This document shows positions 1-9,775 of a DNA stretch of 64,000 nt, one piece after another. The DNA is from Candidatus Kapaibacterium sp. (lineage in GTDB: Bacteria; Bacteroidota; Ignavibacteria; Kapaibacteriales; UBA2268): NCBI GenBank assembly GCA_963664875.1, contig OY761611.1:992001-1056000 (forward strand), read 5' to 3'. The translations under genes were made by a program, and so were the position numbers. Below the pieces are notes generated by a model that was given only the letters and a program-made list of their open reading frames with translations, was not told where the DNA came from and made no database searches. Numbering within the stretch: position 1 is the stretch's first letter; every line of letters starts with the position of its first letter.

Positions 1-63
1 ATCAATGCTTATCATTTGCTCTTTTGAAAGTAAATATTGCATAATTCCTTCCATTATTTTAAG

Positions 64-71
64 TATATTTG
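64..71 (+). promoter_or_regulatory. Bacteroidota-type sigma-A -7 element (TATATTTG) upstream of the rsbU-like gene
   Basis: Matches TAnnTTTG 20-35 nt before the start codon; the -33 element is not clean. Confidence 0.45.
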
Positions 72-91
72 CACAAATAGGTTTATAAAGA

Positions 92-2242
92 GTGCCTCTT
101 TTACCAATGAAATTATTTACTCAATATAGCATTTCGCAGCTAAAAAACAACTATTCTTCTTATCGGGTTGTTACTTTATTTGCTGCAATCTTGTTTTCTT
201 TTGCAAAAGTGGCATTAGACATTACCTTTTTTTCTATCAACGAAAACTTTTTCATGACATTTGATTTGTGGCACTATATCTCCGAGATAGTGTTATTTAT
301 CGCATTTGCCTCCTATCTGTTTACTTTGCCTGGTATCAATCGGAATTTAGATTATAATCAAATCAATAGTCTTTTTTTTAAACGATTAAAATCTCTTACA
401 TTCAACTTTTCTTTCTTTTGGATATTTTCTGTTTTGCTCGGGATAATATCTGACATTACACGCGATCCGGATTTGTCGATACTCCTGTTGTATGATATCA
501 AATTGCTTTATTCGCTTGTAGTGATTGGCAATCTAAGCCGTTTTGTTTTAGACTGGATATTGTATTTTAGAAACTCTGCTACAAAAAAGCATTTGATTTT
601 TGTAGCATTCAATATTGTATTTTCTGCTACCGGTCTGTTTTTGTCTGAAATTTCAAAAGCGGGCGACAACGACGCTATTAAATTAGCAACAGGTCTCTTT
701 ACTATTGTATTAGCATTTTCAGTATTTATTCTCCCAAAGAAAAATGCGTGGATAGCTTCCCTTCCATACCGGAACAAGCTACTCCTAATTTGTCTTTTGT
801 TGATGCTTGGCTTTTTTATGATTCCGGAGCTCACGCTAAGTCTTTTGAATATGAGCTATGATGCTAATATTCTATATTTCAAAGCTCCTGTATCGTATAG
901 TCTTCTGAATATTATTGATTTAGCAATTATCATATTTTTTCTGAGAATCGTTTTTTCTACTATTGCAGCTTGGCCTACCACTAAGATCGTCGCTAAAAAG
1001 AATGTGGAGTTAGAATCCCTTTCTACTCTAAACAGATTTGTTGTTGAAACTCTTAATAAATCTCCCGAAAAGATTATTGCTACTGCTTCTCAGATTGCAA
1101 GACAGATGACAAACGCACATTCGGCATGGACAGAGATTTTCAGAGATGGGAAAAAAACTATAGCTTACTCGTTCAACATCTCGCAGAAGAATCTTTCCTA
1201 CGTTGCCAATTATACTCACTTTTCAAATTATTTCAAAACAAGAAGTGAATCTTGCCTGATAGATTCTCTGGCAGACCATGATTATCTTTACCCAATTTCC
1301 GAGACAATTACTTATGCCAAATCAATGATTGTATTACCCCTGTTTTCAGGCACTGAAAGATTGGGAACCTGCGTTTTGCTAAAAGATACTGACTATGGAT
1401 TTGATCCGGAAGATATTGCAATACTAAATACTCTTTCTCAAAACTTATCGATAGCCCTGCAAAATTCAAGTTTGATCCAAGATTCAATTGAAAAAGAAAA
1501 ATATAAAAGCGAGATGCTCCTTGCTCAAAATATCCAAAGAAATTTACTCCCAAAAGAAGATTTATCAACCGAAGAGTATTCCATAGCAGCTTTTACTGAG
1601 CCGGCTCAGGAAATCGGTGGTGACTATTATGATTTGGTATATCTAAGCGATAAAACGCCTTGCCTACTTATTGCAGATGTATCAGGCAAAGGCACATCCG
1701 CAGCTATAATAATGTCTCAGATGAAAGGAGCAGTACAAGCTCTAAGTCCATTAAGTGTATCTGTTTCTGATTTGCTAAAAAAGCTAAATAACACTCTTTA
1801 CGGAACCATTGGCAGAAAAAACTTCATCACTGTAGCGGGGCTATCTTTCAAGCCTGACGGAACCATCAATTTTGTCAGAGCCGGACATGCCCCTATATTA
1901 GTAACCCAAAACGGTGCAACAAAAAAATATATGCCGATAGGCTTAGGTGTTGGCCTGACCAACTCTGCTATGTTCGATAGAAATTTAGAAGAATTAGAAT
2001 TGAAACTAAAAGAAAATGATAACGTATTATTGATAACTGACGGAATAAATGAGATAAGTGACTCAAACAAACAACAGTTTGGATATAATCATCTTATTAG
2101 TATTCTTGAATCAGATAACCTGACATCTGCAAAAGAAATAAACAGAATAATCAAAGAAAAAATTACGAAGTTTTCTGCCGGTGATGAATATATTGACGAT
2201 ATGACGGTTATTAGTTTAATCTACAGAAAAAAATCGGTATAG
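92..2242 (+). CDS. Membrane-bound PP2C/SpoIIE (RsbU-like) phosphatase with GAF domain
   Basis: About 8 N-terminal hydrophobic helices; GAF-like segment (SMIVLPL..ERLG..DIAILNTLSQNLSIALQN); SpoIIE motifs AQNIQRNLLP, IGGDYYD, IADVSGKG, RAGH, ITDG, DDMT. Start may be ATG 107. Confidence 0.9.
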   Translation: MPLLPMKLFTQYSISQLKNNYSSYRVVTLFAAILFSFAKVALDITFFSINENFFMTFDLWHYISEIVLFIAFASYLFTLPGINRNLDYNQINSLFFKRLKSLTFNFSFFWIFSVLLGIISDITRDPDLSILLLYDIKLLYSLVVIGNLSRFVLDWILYFRNSATKKHLIFVAFNIVFSATGLFLSEISKAGDNDAIKLATGLFTIVLAFSVFILPKKNAWIASLPYRNKLLLICLLLMLGFFMIPELTLSLLNMSYDANILYFKAPVSYSLLNIIDLAIIIFFLRIVFSTIAAWPTTKIVAKKNVELESLSTLNRFVVETLNKSPEKIIATASQIARQMTNAHSAWTEIFRDGKKTIAYSFNISQKNLSYVANYTHFSNYFKTRSESCLIDSLADHDYLYPISETITYAKSMIVLPLFSGTERLGTCVLLKDTDYGFDPEDIAILNTLSQNLSIALQNSSLIQDSIEKEKYKSEMLLAQNIQRNLLPKEDLSTEEYSIAAFTEPAQEIGGDYYDLVYLSDKTPCLLIADVSGKGTSAAIIMSQMKGAVQALSPLSVSVSDLLKKLNNTLYGTIGRKNFITVAGLSFKPDGTINFVRAGHAPILVTQNGATKKYMPIGLGVGLTNSAMFDRNLEELELKLKENDNVLLITDGINEISDSNKQQFGYNHLISILESDNLTSAKEINRIIKEKITKFSAGDEYIDDMTVISLIYRKKSV

Positions 2243-2301
2243 TTTTTGTTAAATTTATTATATTGTTTGCAGTAAGTCTATAGACTCATAAGGAATTAGA
2301 A

Positions 2302-2682
2302 ATGCCATCAACAAGTAAATTCGGAATCACAAAAAAACAAATGGACGGTATCGACTGTTTTTACTTAGAAGGATATTTAGACGCTCACACTGCCCCTCAG
2401 TTAGAATCTGCTTTCCAGGAAAGTTTAGATGCAGGTAAATATAAACTACTTGTAAACTTCAAAGACTTGGACTACATAAGCAGTGCCGGCTTGGGAGTGT
2501 TCATGGCGTTTATCGAAGATATTCGCAATCAGGCAGGAGATATTAAGTTAACTACAATGCAGGAAAAAGTCTTTTCCGTATTTGATTTACTTGGCTTTCC
2601 GATGCTTTTTGATATTATGCCTAACGATGCAGAAGCTATTGATAAATTTTCTTCGACAGTAACAGATGACAGCAATAATTAA
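2302..2682 (+). CDS. STAS-domain anti-sigma factor antagonist (RsbV/SpoIIAA-like)
   Basis: LEGYLDAHTAP and LDYISSAGLG (phosphoacceptor Ser motif); lies between the phosphatase and the kinase. Confidence 0.92.
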   Translation: MPSTSKFGITKKQMDGIDCFYLEGYLDAHTAPQLESAFQESLDAGKYKLLVNFKDLDYISSAGLGVFMAFIEDIRNQAGDIKLTTMQEKVFSVFDLLGFPMLFDIMPNDAEAIDKFSSTVTDDSNN

Positions 2683-3109
2683 AAATATTGACCATATCTG
2701 CGTAAAAGCTGACTTTTCTGAATTAGAAAAGATAAGAGATTTTGTATTTAGCCATGCAAAGCAGTTTTACTTTTCTGAAAATGATGCACAAAAAATTACT
2801 CTTGCTGTAGATGAAGCCTGCACAAATCTGATGCGTTACTCTTATAATTGCAAATGCGAATTCAATATTTGTATAGATATAATCATTTCAAACAATGAGT
2901 TTGTTGTTCAAATAATCGACGAAGGTGAGCCTTTTAATCCGCTTTCTGTCGAATCTCCTGATATGAAAAAGTATTTCGCCGAATTCCGTAAGGGTGGACT
3001 CGGCATACATATCATGCGTAGTGTAATGGACAATATCGAATATCAACCTTCCCAATCTTCCGAAAAAAAGAATATTTTAATGCTTACAAAATATCTCCCA
3101 AATTCTTAA
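2666..3109 (+). CDS. Anti-sigma factor Ser kinase (RsbW/SpoIIAB-like)
   Basis: LAVDEACTN, IIDEGEPF and KGGLGIHIMRSVMD HATPase motifs; overlaps the STAS gene. Confidence 0.92.
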   Translation: MTAIIKNIDHICVKADFSELEKIRDFVFSHAKQFYFSENDAQKITLAVDEACTNLMRYSYNCKCEFNICIDIIISNNEFVVQIIDEGEPFNPLSVESPDMKKYFAEFRKGGLGIHIMRSVMDNIEYQPSQSSEKKNILMLTKYLPNS

Positions 3110-3173
3110 CTTTGCAAAATATTTCCTATATTATTTCTTCATAGATAGCATTGTAGAATTGGAAGGATACATT

Positions 3174-4169
3174 ATGAAAGGTCTCATTATTGCCTTATCT
3201 GTTACTCTGTCATTTGTACTCGGTTTTTTTCCGAGTATAAATAAATCTAAACCACTTTGGTGGAAATTACTTACAATAACAACCATTACTACTGCGATTG
3301 TGCTCACATTGCTGCCTCCTATCGCCGGTAATTTTGCAGACTTAAAATTTGTTGCCGGAATGGAACAGGGCAAACATATCAATCTGCTTGTAAAGTATGA
3401 AACTAATTCTCAGGGCTTAGATATTTTTACCGATGATTATGGTGACAGTCACTTTATCGAAAAAACAGAATCTTTCAATTTGGAAAGGGGTAATAAATAT
3501 ATTATCAATTCAAGATTTGAAAATGAGAAATATATTGCGGTTGAGCTCGTATCTGCAAATCCATTTATGACTTACCCTTTTATTCCCAGCCTTGAAGACA
3601 GAACAAAGATTTTGAATTTCCATGTACCTATGGCTTGGATTTCGGTACTTGCTTATCTGATTTCAATGATTTATGCAGTGCAGTACCTAAGGACTAAAGA
3701 TTTGAAATACGACACTCCCCTTGTAGCCTCTGCTTCACTTGGTACTTTGTTTGCGATATTAGCGACAGTTACCGGTATGCTTTGGGCAAAATTCAACTGG
3801 GGAAGTTTTTGGAACTGGGATCCGCGCCAAACATCTATTTTGATTTTGCTATTGATTTACGGTGCTTTTTTTGCACTTCGCTCGTCGATAGATGTAGCAG
3901 AATCTAAAGCAAGATTAAGCTCGGTTTATGCAATTTTGGCATTTATAACAGTTCCGTTTCTGGTTTTTATTTTGCCACGAATGGCAACAGGATTGCACCC
4001 GGGCTCAGCAGATGATTCGAGCACAGGACCACTTGTAAGCTCGCAGAGTGGCATGTTGGATTCTAATATGCTTATCAGTTTTGGATTGGCAATGTTTGGA
4101 TTTTCGATGTTTTTCTTTTGGTTATTAAATTTACAAATAAGAATAATGAAATATAGAGGAGATAAATAA
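3174..4169 (+). CDS. ccmC: Cytochrome c maturation heme handler CcmC with an extra N-terminal/periplasmic segment
   Basis: FHVPMAW, tryptophan-rich TGMLWAKFNWGSFWNWDPR motif, GLHP second His; ATG 3174 preferred over TTG 3159; TAACTTTG at 3107-3114 upstream. Confidence 0.88.
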   Translation: MKGLIIALSVTLSFVLGFFPSINKSKPLWWKLLTITTITTAIVLTLLPPIAGNFADLKFVAGMEQGKHINLLVKYETNSQGLDIFTDDYGDSHFIEKTESFNLERGNKYIINSRFENEKYIAVELVSANPFMTYPFIPSLEDRTKILNFHVPMAWISVLAYLISMIYAVQYLRTKDLKYDTPLVASASLGTLFAILATVTGMLWAKFNWGSFWNWDPRQTSILILLLIYGAFFALRSSIDVAESKARLSSVYAILAFITVPFLVFILPRMATGLHPGSADDSSTGPLVSSQSGMLDSNMLISFGLAMFGFSMFFFWLLNLQIRIMKYRGDK

Positions 4170-4304
4170 ATGCTTGATTTCCTGCATGACAATTCTATCT
4201 TTGTGGTGCTTGGTATCACTCTGATAATATGGGGAGGCATAGTTTCATATATGCTCTCATTAGATAAAAAAGTCAAAAAATTAGAAGAACTGACAGAAGA
4301 ATAA
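4170..4304 (+). CDS. ccmD: CcmD-like small membrane protein, 44 aa (absent from the ORF track)
   Basis: ATG directly after the ccmC stop; MLDFLHDNSIFVVLGITLIIWGGIVSYMLSLDKKVKKLEELTEE is one TM helix plus a charged tail, the CcmD pattern and position. Confidence 0.8.
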   Translation: MLDFLHDNSIFVVLGITLIIWGGIVSYMLSLDKKVKKLEELTEE

Positions 4305-4309
4305 AAATG

Positions 4310-4338
4310 AAGAGGAGGCTATTGCAGTCTCCTCTTTT
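4310..4338. terminator. Intrinsic terminator between convergent ccmD and hemerythrin genes
   Basis: AAGAGGAGGCT-attgc-AGTCTCCTCTT stem followed by T residues. Confidence 0.75.
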
Positions 4339-4359
4339 GTTATTACTTATCTGGTCTAT

Positions 4360-4764
4360 TTATTGCACATTATGCTTTTTGAAAAGCTCAACATAGTCTT
4401 TGTCGTCGCCCTTGATGTGGTTTATAATCCATTCTTTAACCATTTTCGTAACTTTTAAACTTAGTACGTTTTGGCCTGCTTTGTGTTTAGTAATCAGCTC
4501 GGTAACTTGCGCTACAAAAGCATCATGGATTTTTTTATGACTTTCATAGAGTTTTGGGTCATACATTTTCATGTATTTTTCCTCGTGAGCAAAATGCTTT
4601 GCTGTATAATTGGCAAGACCTTCCAATAACTCACCAATCTTTTGATCATAGTCTCCACTATTGAGAGTATCATAGAAATGATTGACCATATCTACTAATG
4701 TCTTATGTTGCCTATCGATAGACGGAATTCCTAACTCCAATGCTGCATCCCATTTAAAGAACAT
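4360..4764 (-). CDS. Bacteriohemerythrin
   Basis: Di-iron ligand pattern IDRQH, HFAHEE, HKKIH, HIKGDD. Confidence 0.93.
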   Translation of the reverse strand: MFFKWDAALELGIPSIDRQHKTLVDMVNHFYDTLNSGDYDQKIGELLEGLANYTAKHFAHEEKYMKMYDPKLYESHKKIHDAFVAQVTELITKHKAGQNVLSLKVTKMVKEWIINHIKGDDKDYVELFKKHNVQ

Positions 4765-4840
4765 AATTACTCCATAAATTATATTAGAAAAACACTTTAG
4801 CTTTAGCTATAATTTATCTGTAAGCTAATCAAAATACTAA

Positions 4841-5731
4841 TTAAAATGCAAAATTCAACAATTTATAGACTAATCTTGCTGTAGTCAGATTGGGATGGTG
4901 AAGTTCATCCATCGGTGCAAGTTCGACAACGTCAAAACCAACGATTTTTTTGCCTTGCTTTCTAATTTCTCTGAAAATATCAAGAGTCTCACTATATAAA
5001 AATCCATCAGGTTCAGGAGTGCCGGTGGCAGGCATTATCGAAGGATCAAAATAATCTACATCAAACGTGATATAAACTTCATCTGACAAAGTATCTACAA
5101 TAGCTTTTTGCCAGCTTTCCCCATAAATTTTTCTCCTTATCTGAGAAGCATAAAAAGTTCGAACTCCATTTTCTTTTATAAATTGAGCTTCTTCTTTGCA
5201 TTGAGCTCTAATGCCTACCTGAGTTATTTTTTCAGGTGACACAAACTCTGCGACCCTAGCCATAATACACGCATGAGAATATTTGCTGTCGTCATAGCTG
5301 TCTCTTAGGTCAGAATGTGCATCGAAATGTAGCACTGACATCTCAGGATATTTTTTAAAATGTGCTGCTATAGGAGCTGTAGAGATAGTATGCTCTCCGC
5401 CAAGTGTAACTACAAACTTGTCCATTTCTAAAAGTTGGCTGACCTGCTCTTCTATCAAATCAAGTGCATCTTTCCCGTGTTTTGATTCGAAATCTATAGG
5501 TTTGATTGTTACTATACCTTTTTCGAAAACAAGCTCTCTATCGAACTCATCATCATAGAACTCAACTTGGGCACTTGCTTCAATGATTTCTTTTGGCCCC
5601 TGAGCAGTGCCTCCTCCGTAAGAAACAGTGTGCTCATAAGGTGCTGAGACTATTGCAATTTTAGAGTTATCCAATGAAGAAAATTCTTCTTCAATCGATA
5701 AAAAATTTTGAAATTCAGGTAGAATTTTCAT
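4841..5731 (-). CDS. speB: Agmatinase (ureohydrolase family)
   Basis: GGEHT, FDAHSDLR, FDVDYFDP, TGTPEP motifs. Confidence 0.9.
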   Translation of the reverse strand: MKILPEFQNFLSIEEEFSSLDNSKIAIVSAPYEHTVSYGGGTAQGPKEIIEASAQVEFYDDEFDRELVFEKGIVTIKPIDFESKHGKDALDLIEEQVSQLLEMDKFVVTLGGEHTISTAPIAAHFKKYPEMSVLHFDAHSDLRDSYDDSKYSHACIMARVAEFVSPEKITQVGIRAQCKEEAQFIKENGVRTFYASQIRRKIYGESWQKAIVDTLSDEVYITFDVDYFDPSIMPATGTPEPDGFLYSETLDIFREIRKQGKKIVGFDVVELAPMDELHHPNLTTARLVYKLLNFAF

Positions 5732-5959
5732 TATATTAACCTTTGTTGTGTAATAAATTATATATATTCCTAATCTGCTTATTTATATTGAAAATTCAAG
5801 ATCAGTTCTATCTTTGAAATGCAATTTAAACAAAGGACAAATAAAGAGTTTAAAAATTTTATACACTATTTATTATACTTTTACTCAAACACACTATATT
5901 TTAAAAAACATGGTATGCAAATTGTTAAGAAATACTGAAAAACCACTACGAGCTTGATT

Positions 5960-6784
5960 ATGAGTTTTCCGATTCTGAAAATTAGAAATTTAAACAAATA
6001 TTACGGTGCAGAACATATTCTCCGAGATGTTAATTTAGATGTCAATTCCGGAGAGTTTGTTTTTATTATCGGTAAATCCGGTTGCGGCAAGACAACATTG
6101 CTCAGAACAATTAGTGCTTTAGAGTTCGCAGAATATGGAAGCATTGATATCGCCGGTAATCTGCTTGAAATTCGAAATGATTCAGGTTTGATCGAATACA
6201 TCAATAATAAAGAAGATGTCTCAAATATCAAATCATTTACTAAAACAAATAAACAGCTTTTTGACAAAGATGCCGTAAATCTTCGCAATCGTGTCGGTAT
6301 GCTCTTCCAAAACCTAAATCTTTTTCCTCATAAAACAGTCCTTGAAAATGTGACTATACCCTTAGAAGTAATTCTAAAAGTTACAAAAGACGATGCAAAA
6401 CAGCAGGCAATTGAAATGCTCGGAAAAGTCGGCATGAATGAATATGTGGATAAATACCCAGCTATGATTTCGGGTGGACAGGCACAAAGAGTGGCTATAG
6501 CAAGAGCTTTAGCAATGAAACCGGACATTATGTTGTATGATGAACCAACTTCAGCTCTTGACCCGGAAACGAGCTATGAGGTTTTTGAAGTAATGAAAAA
6601 ACTCCATCAGGAAGGAATGACACAGATAGTTGTATCTCATGATTTGATTTTTGCCAGAGAATTCGCTTCCAAAGTCATTTATATGGACATGGGGCAAATA
6701 ATAGAAAGCGGCATTCCTAAAGAAATTTTCGAAAGACCTAACGATATTCGCACTGACAGATTTCTTAAAACAATAAGACATTAA
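5960..6784 (+). CDS. Polar amino-acid ABC transporter ATP-binding protein (GlnQ-like)
   Basis: GKSGCGKT, VGMLFQNLNLFPH, ISGGQAQRVAIARALAM, YDEPTSALDP. Confidence 0.92.
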   Translation: MSFPILKIRNLNKYYGAEHILRDVNLDVNSGEFVFIIGKSGCGKTTLLRTISALEFAEYGSIDIAGNLLEIRNDSGLIEYINNKEDVSNIKSFTKTNKQLFDKDAVNLRNRVGMLFQNLNLFPHKTVLENVTIPLEVILKVTKDDAKQQAIEMLGKVGMNEYVDKYPAMISGGQAQRVAIARALAMKPDIMLYDEPTSALDPETSYEVFEVMKKLHQEGMTQIVVSHDLIFAREFASKVIYMDMGQIIESGIPKEIFERPNDIRTDRFLKTIRH

Positions 6785-6789
6785 AAAGT

Positions 6790-8301
6790 ATGAAAATTTT
6801 ATTTACCATAGTATTTTTTATAGGTAGTTTAAGTTTATCTTTTGCTAAGTCACTTGAGAAAACTCTTATTTGGGCAGCAGATGCCGAAGGCAATGCACCA
6901 TATATTTTTCAGGATCCTAACTCTCCCAATAGGCTAATCGGTTTTGAGAAAGATTTTGCTGAAACTTTAGCTAAAGAAATGGGACTAAACGCCAAATTTT
7001 TTCAGAACCAATGGGACGGTTTGATTCCCGGGCTATATCGCGAAGATTATCATATTGCGATAAATGGGCTTGAGGTAACCGAGCAGCGAAAAGAAAAAGT
7101 GCTTTTTTCTACCCCATATTACTACACTGCAGAACAAATTGTTACCTTAAGTAACTCTGCTGATTTTAAAAATCTCAAAGAGTTGAAAGGAAAAATCGTA
7201 GGGTGCTTAAAGTTTTCTTTGGCAGAAAAAATTCTGACAGAACACGGTGGTATAAATGTGCGCTCCTACGAAGGTGAAGCAAATGCTTTTGCTGATCTCA
7301 AAAATGAACGATTGGATGCAGTACTCGTAGATGAACCGATTGCTATTTATCAGGCTTCCTGGAATCCTGATTTCAAGCTTACCGGTGAGCCAATAGGAAA
7401 AGTAATCTATGCCTGTGCTATGCGTTTGGAAGACACTCTGTTGCTGCAAAAAGTAAATTTTGCAATAGAGTCTATGATTAAAACTAAAAAGCTAAAAGAT
7501 ATACTCTGCGAATGGAATCTTTGGAACGCACTTACAGCAGAAGAATTGCTGGACTTTACTGATTGTGATGTTTATGCTTATAAGTTTCATGAATTTGTAG
7601 CTACACAAAAAGAAGAGATGACTTTCCTAAGATTGATGGAAAGATACCTCGGATTACTACCGGAACTTGGCAAAGCAGCGATAATGACTTTGCAGCTTTC
7701 AGTTATGTCAATGGTGCTGGCGATACTTGTCGGACTATTCATTGTAGTTACCAAAGTATATGCACCAAGACCATTTTCAGATGTTGCAAATCTTTATATA
7801 GAATTTGTAAGAGGAACTCCCCTACTTGTTCAGCTTTATCTTATTTTTTACGGTTTACCGAATATAGGCATCAAATTGCATCCGATTGTAGCTGCAGTGC
7901 TAACACTTGCGATAAACTACTCTGCATACGAAGCAGAAAACTTTCGTGCCGGTCTCAATTCCGTACCAAAAGGTCAATTCGAAGCAGCCATATCGCTTGG
8001 TATGAGTCGTTTTCAGGCACTTAGATATGTGATAATACCTCAGGCAGGACGATTAGTAATTCCTCCTGTAACAAACGACTTTATTTCTCTGCTGAAAGAC
8101 AGTTCTTTGGTTTCAGTTATAACTTTGGTAGAACTTACTAAGAAATATCTTCAGTTAGCATCCGCCTACTATGATTTCATTGGAATTGGTATCATTGTAG
8201 CATTGTTTTATCTGATTCTCGGTTTACCTTTTGTCAAATTGTCTAAATACACAGAAAAGAGGCTCAATATCTATCTTAATAATCACAATAATCTCAAATA
8301 A
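6790..8301 (+). CDS. Amino-acid ABC transporter, fused substrate-binding (family 3) and permease domains
   Basis: Signal peptide; SBP motifs (GFEKD, WDGLIPGL, FSTPYY); HisM-type permease RGTPLLVQL, GQFEAAISLG, SLLKDSSL. Confidence 0.92.
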   Translation: MKILFTIVFFIGSLSLSFAKSLEKTLIWAADAEGNAPYIFQDPNSPNRLIGFEKDFAETLAKEMGLNAKFFQNQWDGLIPGLYREDYHIAINGLEVTEQRKEKVLFSTPYYYTAEQIVTLSNSADFKNLKELKGKIVGCLKFSLAEKILTEHGGINVRSYEGEANAFADLKNERLDAVLVDEPIAIYQASWNPDFKLTGEPIGKVIYACAMRLEDTLLLQKVNFAIESMIKTKKLKDILCEWNLWNALTAEELLDFTDCDVYAYKFHEFVATQKEEMTFLRLMERYLGLLPELGKAAIMTLQLSVMSMVLAILVGLFIVVTKVYAPRPFSDVANLYIEFVRGTPLLVQLYLIFYGLPNIGIKLHPIVAAVLTLAINYSAYEAENFRAGLNSVPKGQFEAAISLGMSRFQALRYVIIPQAGRLVIPPVTNDFISLLKDSSLVSVITLVELTKKYLQLASAYYDFIGIGIIVALFYLILGLPFVKLSKYTEKRLNIYLNNHNNLK

Positions 8302-8365
8302 TATTTCTTTATGCTGTAAAAATTGCTTTTATTTGTTATTATAGATTAGCATACACTTTGGAATA

Positions 8366-9715
8366 TTGGTGAAGATAAGAGCTTATATATCGCTTTTTCT
8401 GATTTTTTCTGTCGTAGTGATTTCTAATCACTTGCTTCTCGGCTTTCAAAACCCAAGAATTTTGAAGCAAAGGAAAGCTTTTTCTACTTTCGAAGAAGCT
8501 TTGAAGCAGTGTGAAAAATTGGAAAGACTCTCACTAAACGGTTGGAATCTTAATGATTTACCAAAGTCTATAAAACTGTTTTCAAATCTTAAATTTCTTG
8601 ATTTAAGTAATAATCAATTTGTTGATCTACCTGAAGAGCTATCGGAATTGAAAGAACTTGAAGTTCTTATTGTTTCTGACAATGCGATCAAAAGATTTCC
8701 AAATGCAATACTTAAACTTCCAAAGTTGAAGAAGCTCGTCATTTCAAGAAATCAATTATATTATATTCCTGACAATATAGAAATGCTCAGCACTTTAGAA
8801 ATTCTTGACATATCGGAAAACAAAATAACCAATCTACCCGATAAATTCTCTAAGCTTAGCAACTTAAAAGAGTTTAATGTTTCAAAAAATGAAATTGTGC
8901 TTTTCCCTCAGCAACTCATTAAGCTAAAACAACTAACAAGTTTGAATATATCACACAATAAGTTGTACGAGTTACCATATAATATAGCCTTATTACAAAA
9001 ATTAGAATATTTGAATGTAAGTGCCAACAGCATTGATTTCATTCCTACTCAGATAGGTACACTCAATAGTATCAAATCTTTAGATATATCTGACTGTAAT
9101 CTTAAACAGTTACCGGAATCTATTATAGATTTAAGCAAGTTAGAAGAGTTATATATAGGTTATAACAACCTGACATTTTTACCGGATAACTTTTTTAAAT
9201 TATCCAAACTCAGAAAGATTGATTTATCAGGCAATAAAGCCGGATATTTTCCTATTCAGCTTACTCAGATGACAAATTTAAAGATATTATTGATGAATAG
9301 CTGCAACATAAGGTCACTGCCTCATGAATTTGAGCAGATGCAGTCCCTTGAGTATATTGTTTTTCACGATAATAATTTTGTGGATTTTCCTGAAGCTATA
9401 TGCAAACTTACTTCAGTAAGAATTTTAGATATTTCAAAGAATAAGATATTCAAACTCCCAAGCTGTATTGGCAATATGAAGAGCCTATATTCTCTAAATA
9501 TATCTTATAACAGGCTGTTCTCATTACCTCATTCTATGTCAAAATTAGAAGAGCTGACTATTATTTTAGCAGTTTTCAACAAAATTGAATCTCTACCAAA
9601 AAAATTTACTGATTTCAAAAGCCTAAAAAGCCTATATCTTAGCAATAATCCGATAAATGACCACTCAAAAGGCAAAATAAAACAACAATTGCCAAGTACA
9701 AGAATAACATTCTAA
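8366..9715 (+). CDS. Exported leucine-rich-repeat protein (17 repeats of about 23 aa)
   Basis: Repeated LxxLxLxxNxLxxLP; hydrophobic N-terminus. Confidence 0.92.
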   Translation: MVKIRAYISLFLIFSVVVISNHLLLGFQNPRILKQRKAFSTFEEALKQCEKLERLSLNGWNLNDLPKSIKLFSNLKFLDLSNNQFVDLPEELSELKELEVLIVSDNAIKRFPNAILKLPKLKKLVISRNQLYYIPDNIEMLSTLEILDISENKITNLPDKFSKLSNLKEFNVSKNEIVLFPQQLIKLKQLTSLNISHNKLYELPYNIALLQKLEYLNVSANSIDFIPTQIGTLNSIKSLDISDCNLKQLPESIIDLSKLEELYIGYNNLTFLPDNFFKLSKLRKIDLSGNKAGYFPIQLTQMTNLKILLMNSCNIRSLPHEFEQMQSLEYIVFHDNNFVDFPEAICKLTSVRILDISKNKIFKLPSCIGNMKSLYSLNISYNRLFSLPHSMSKLEELTIILAVFNKIESLPKKFTDFKSLKSLYLSNNPINDHSKGKIKQQLPSTRITF

Positions 9716-9775
9716 AACCTTTGGCATATAATGTGATAGATATTCCCTAATGGGAATAACGGAGATATTGATAAT

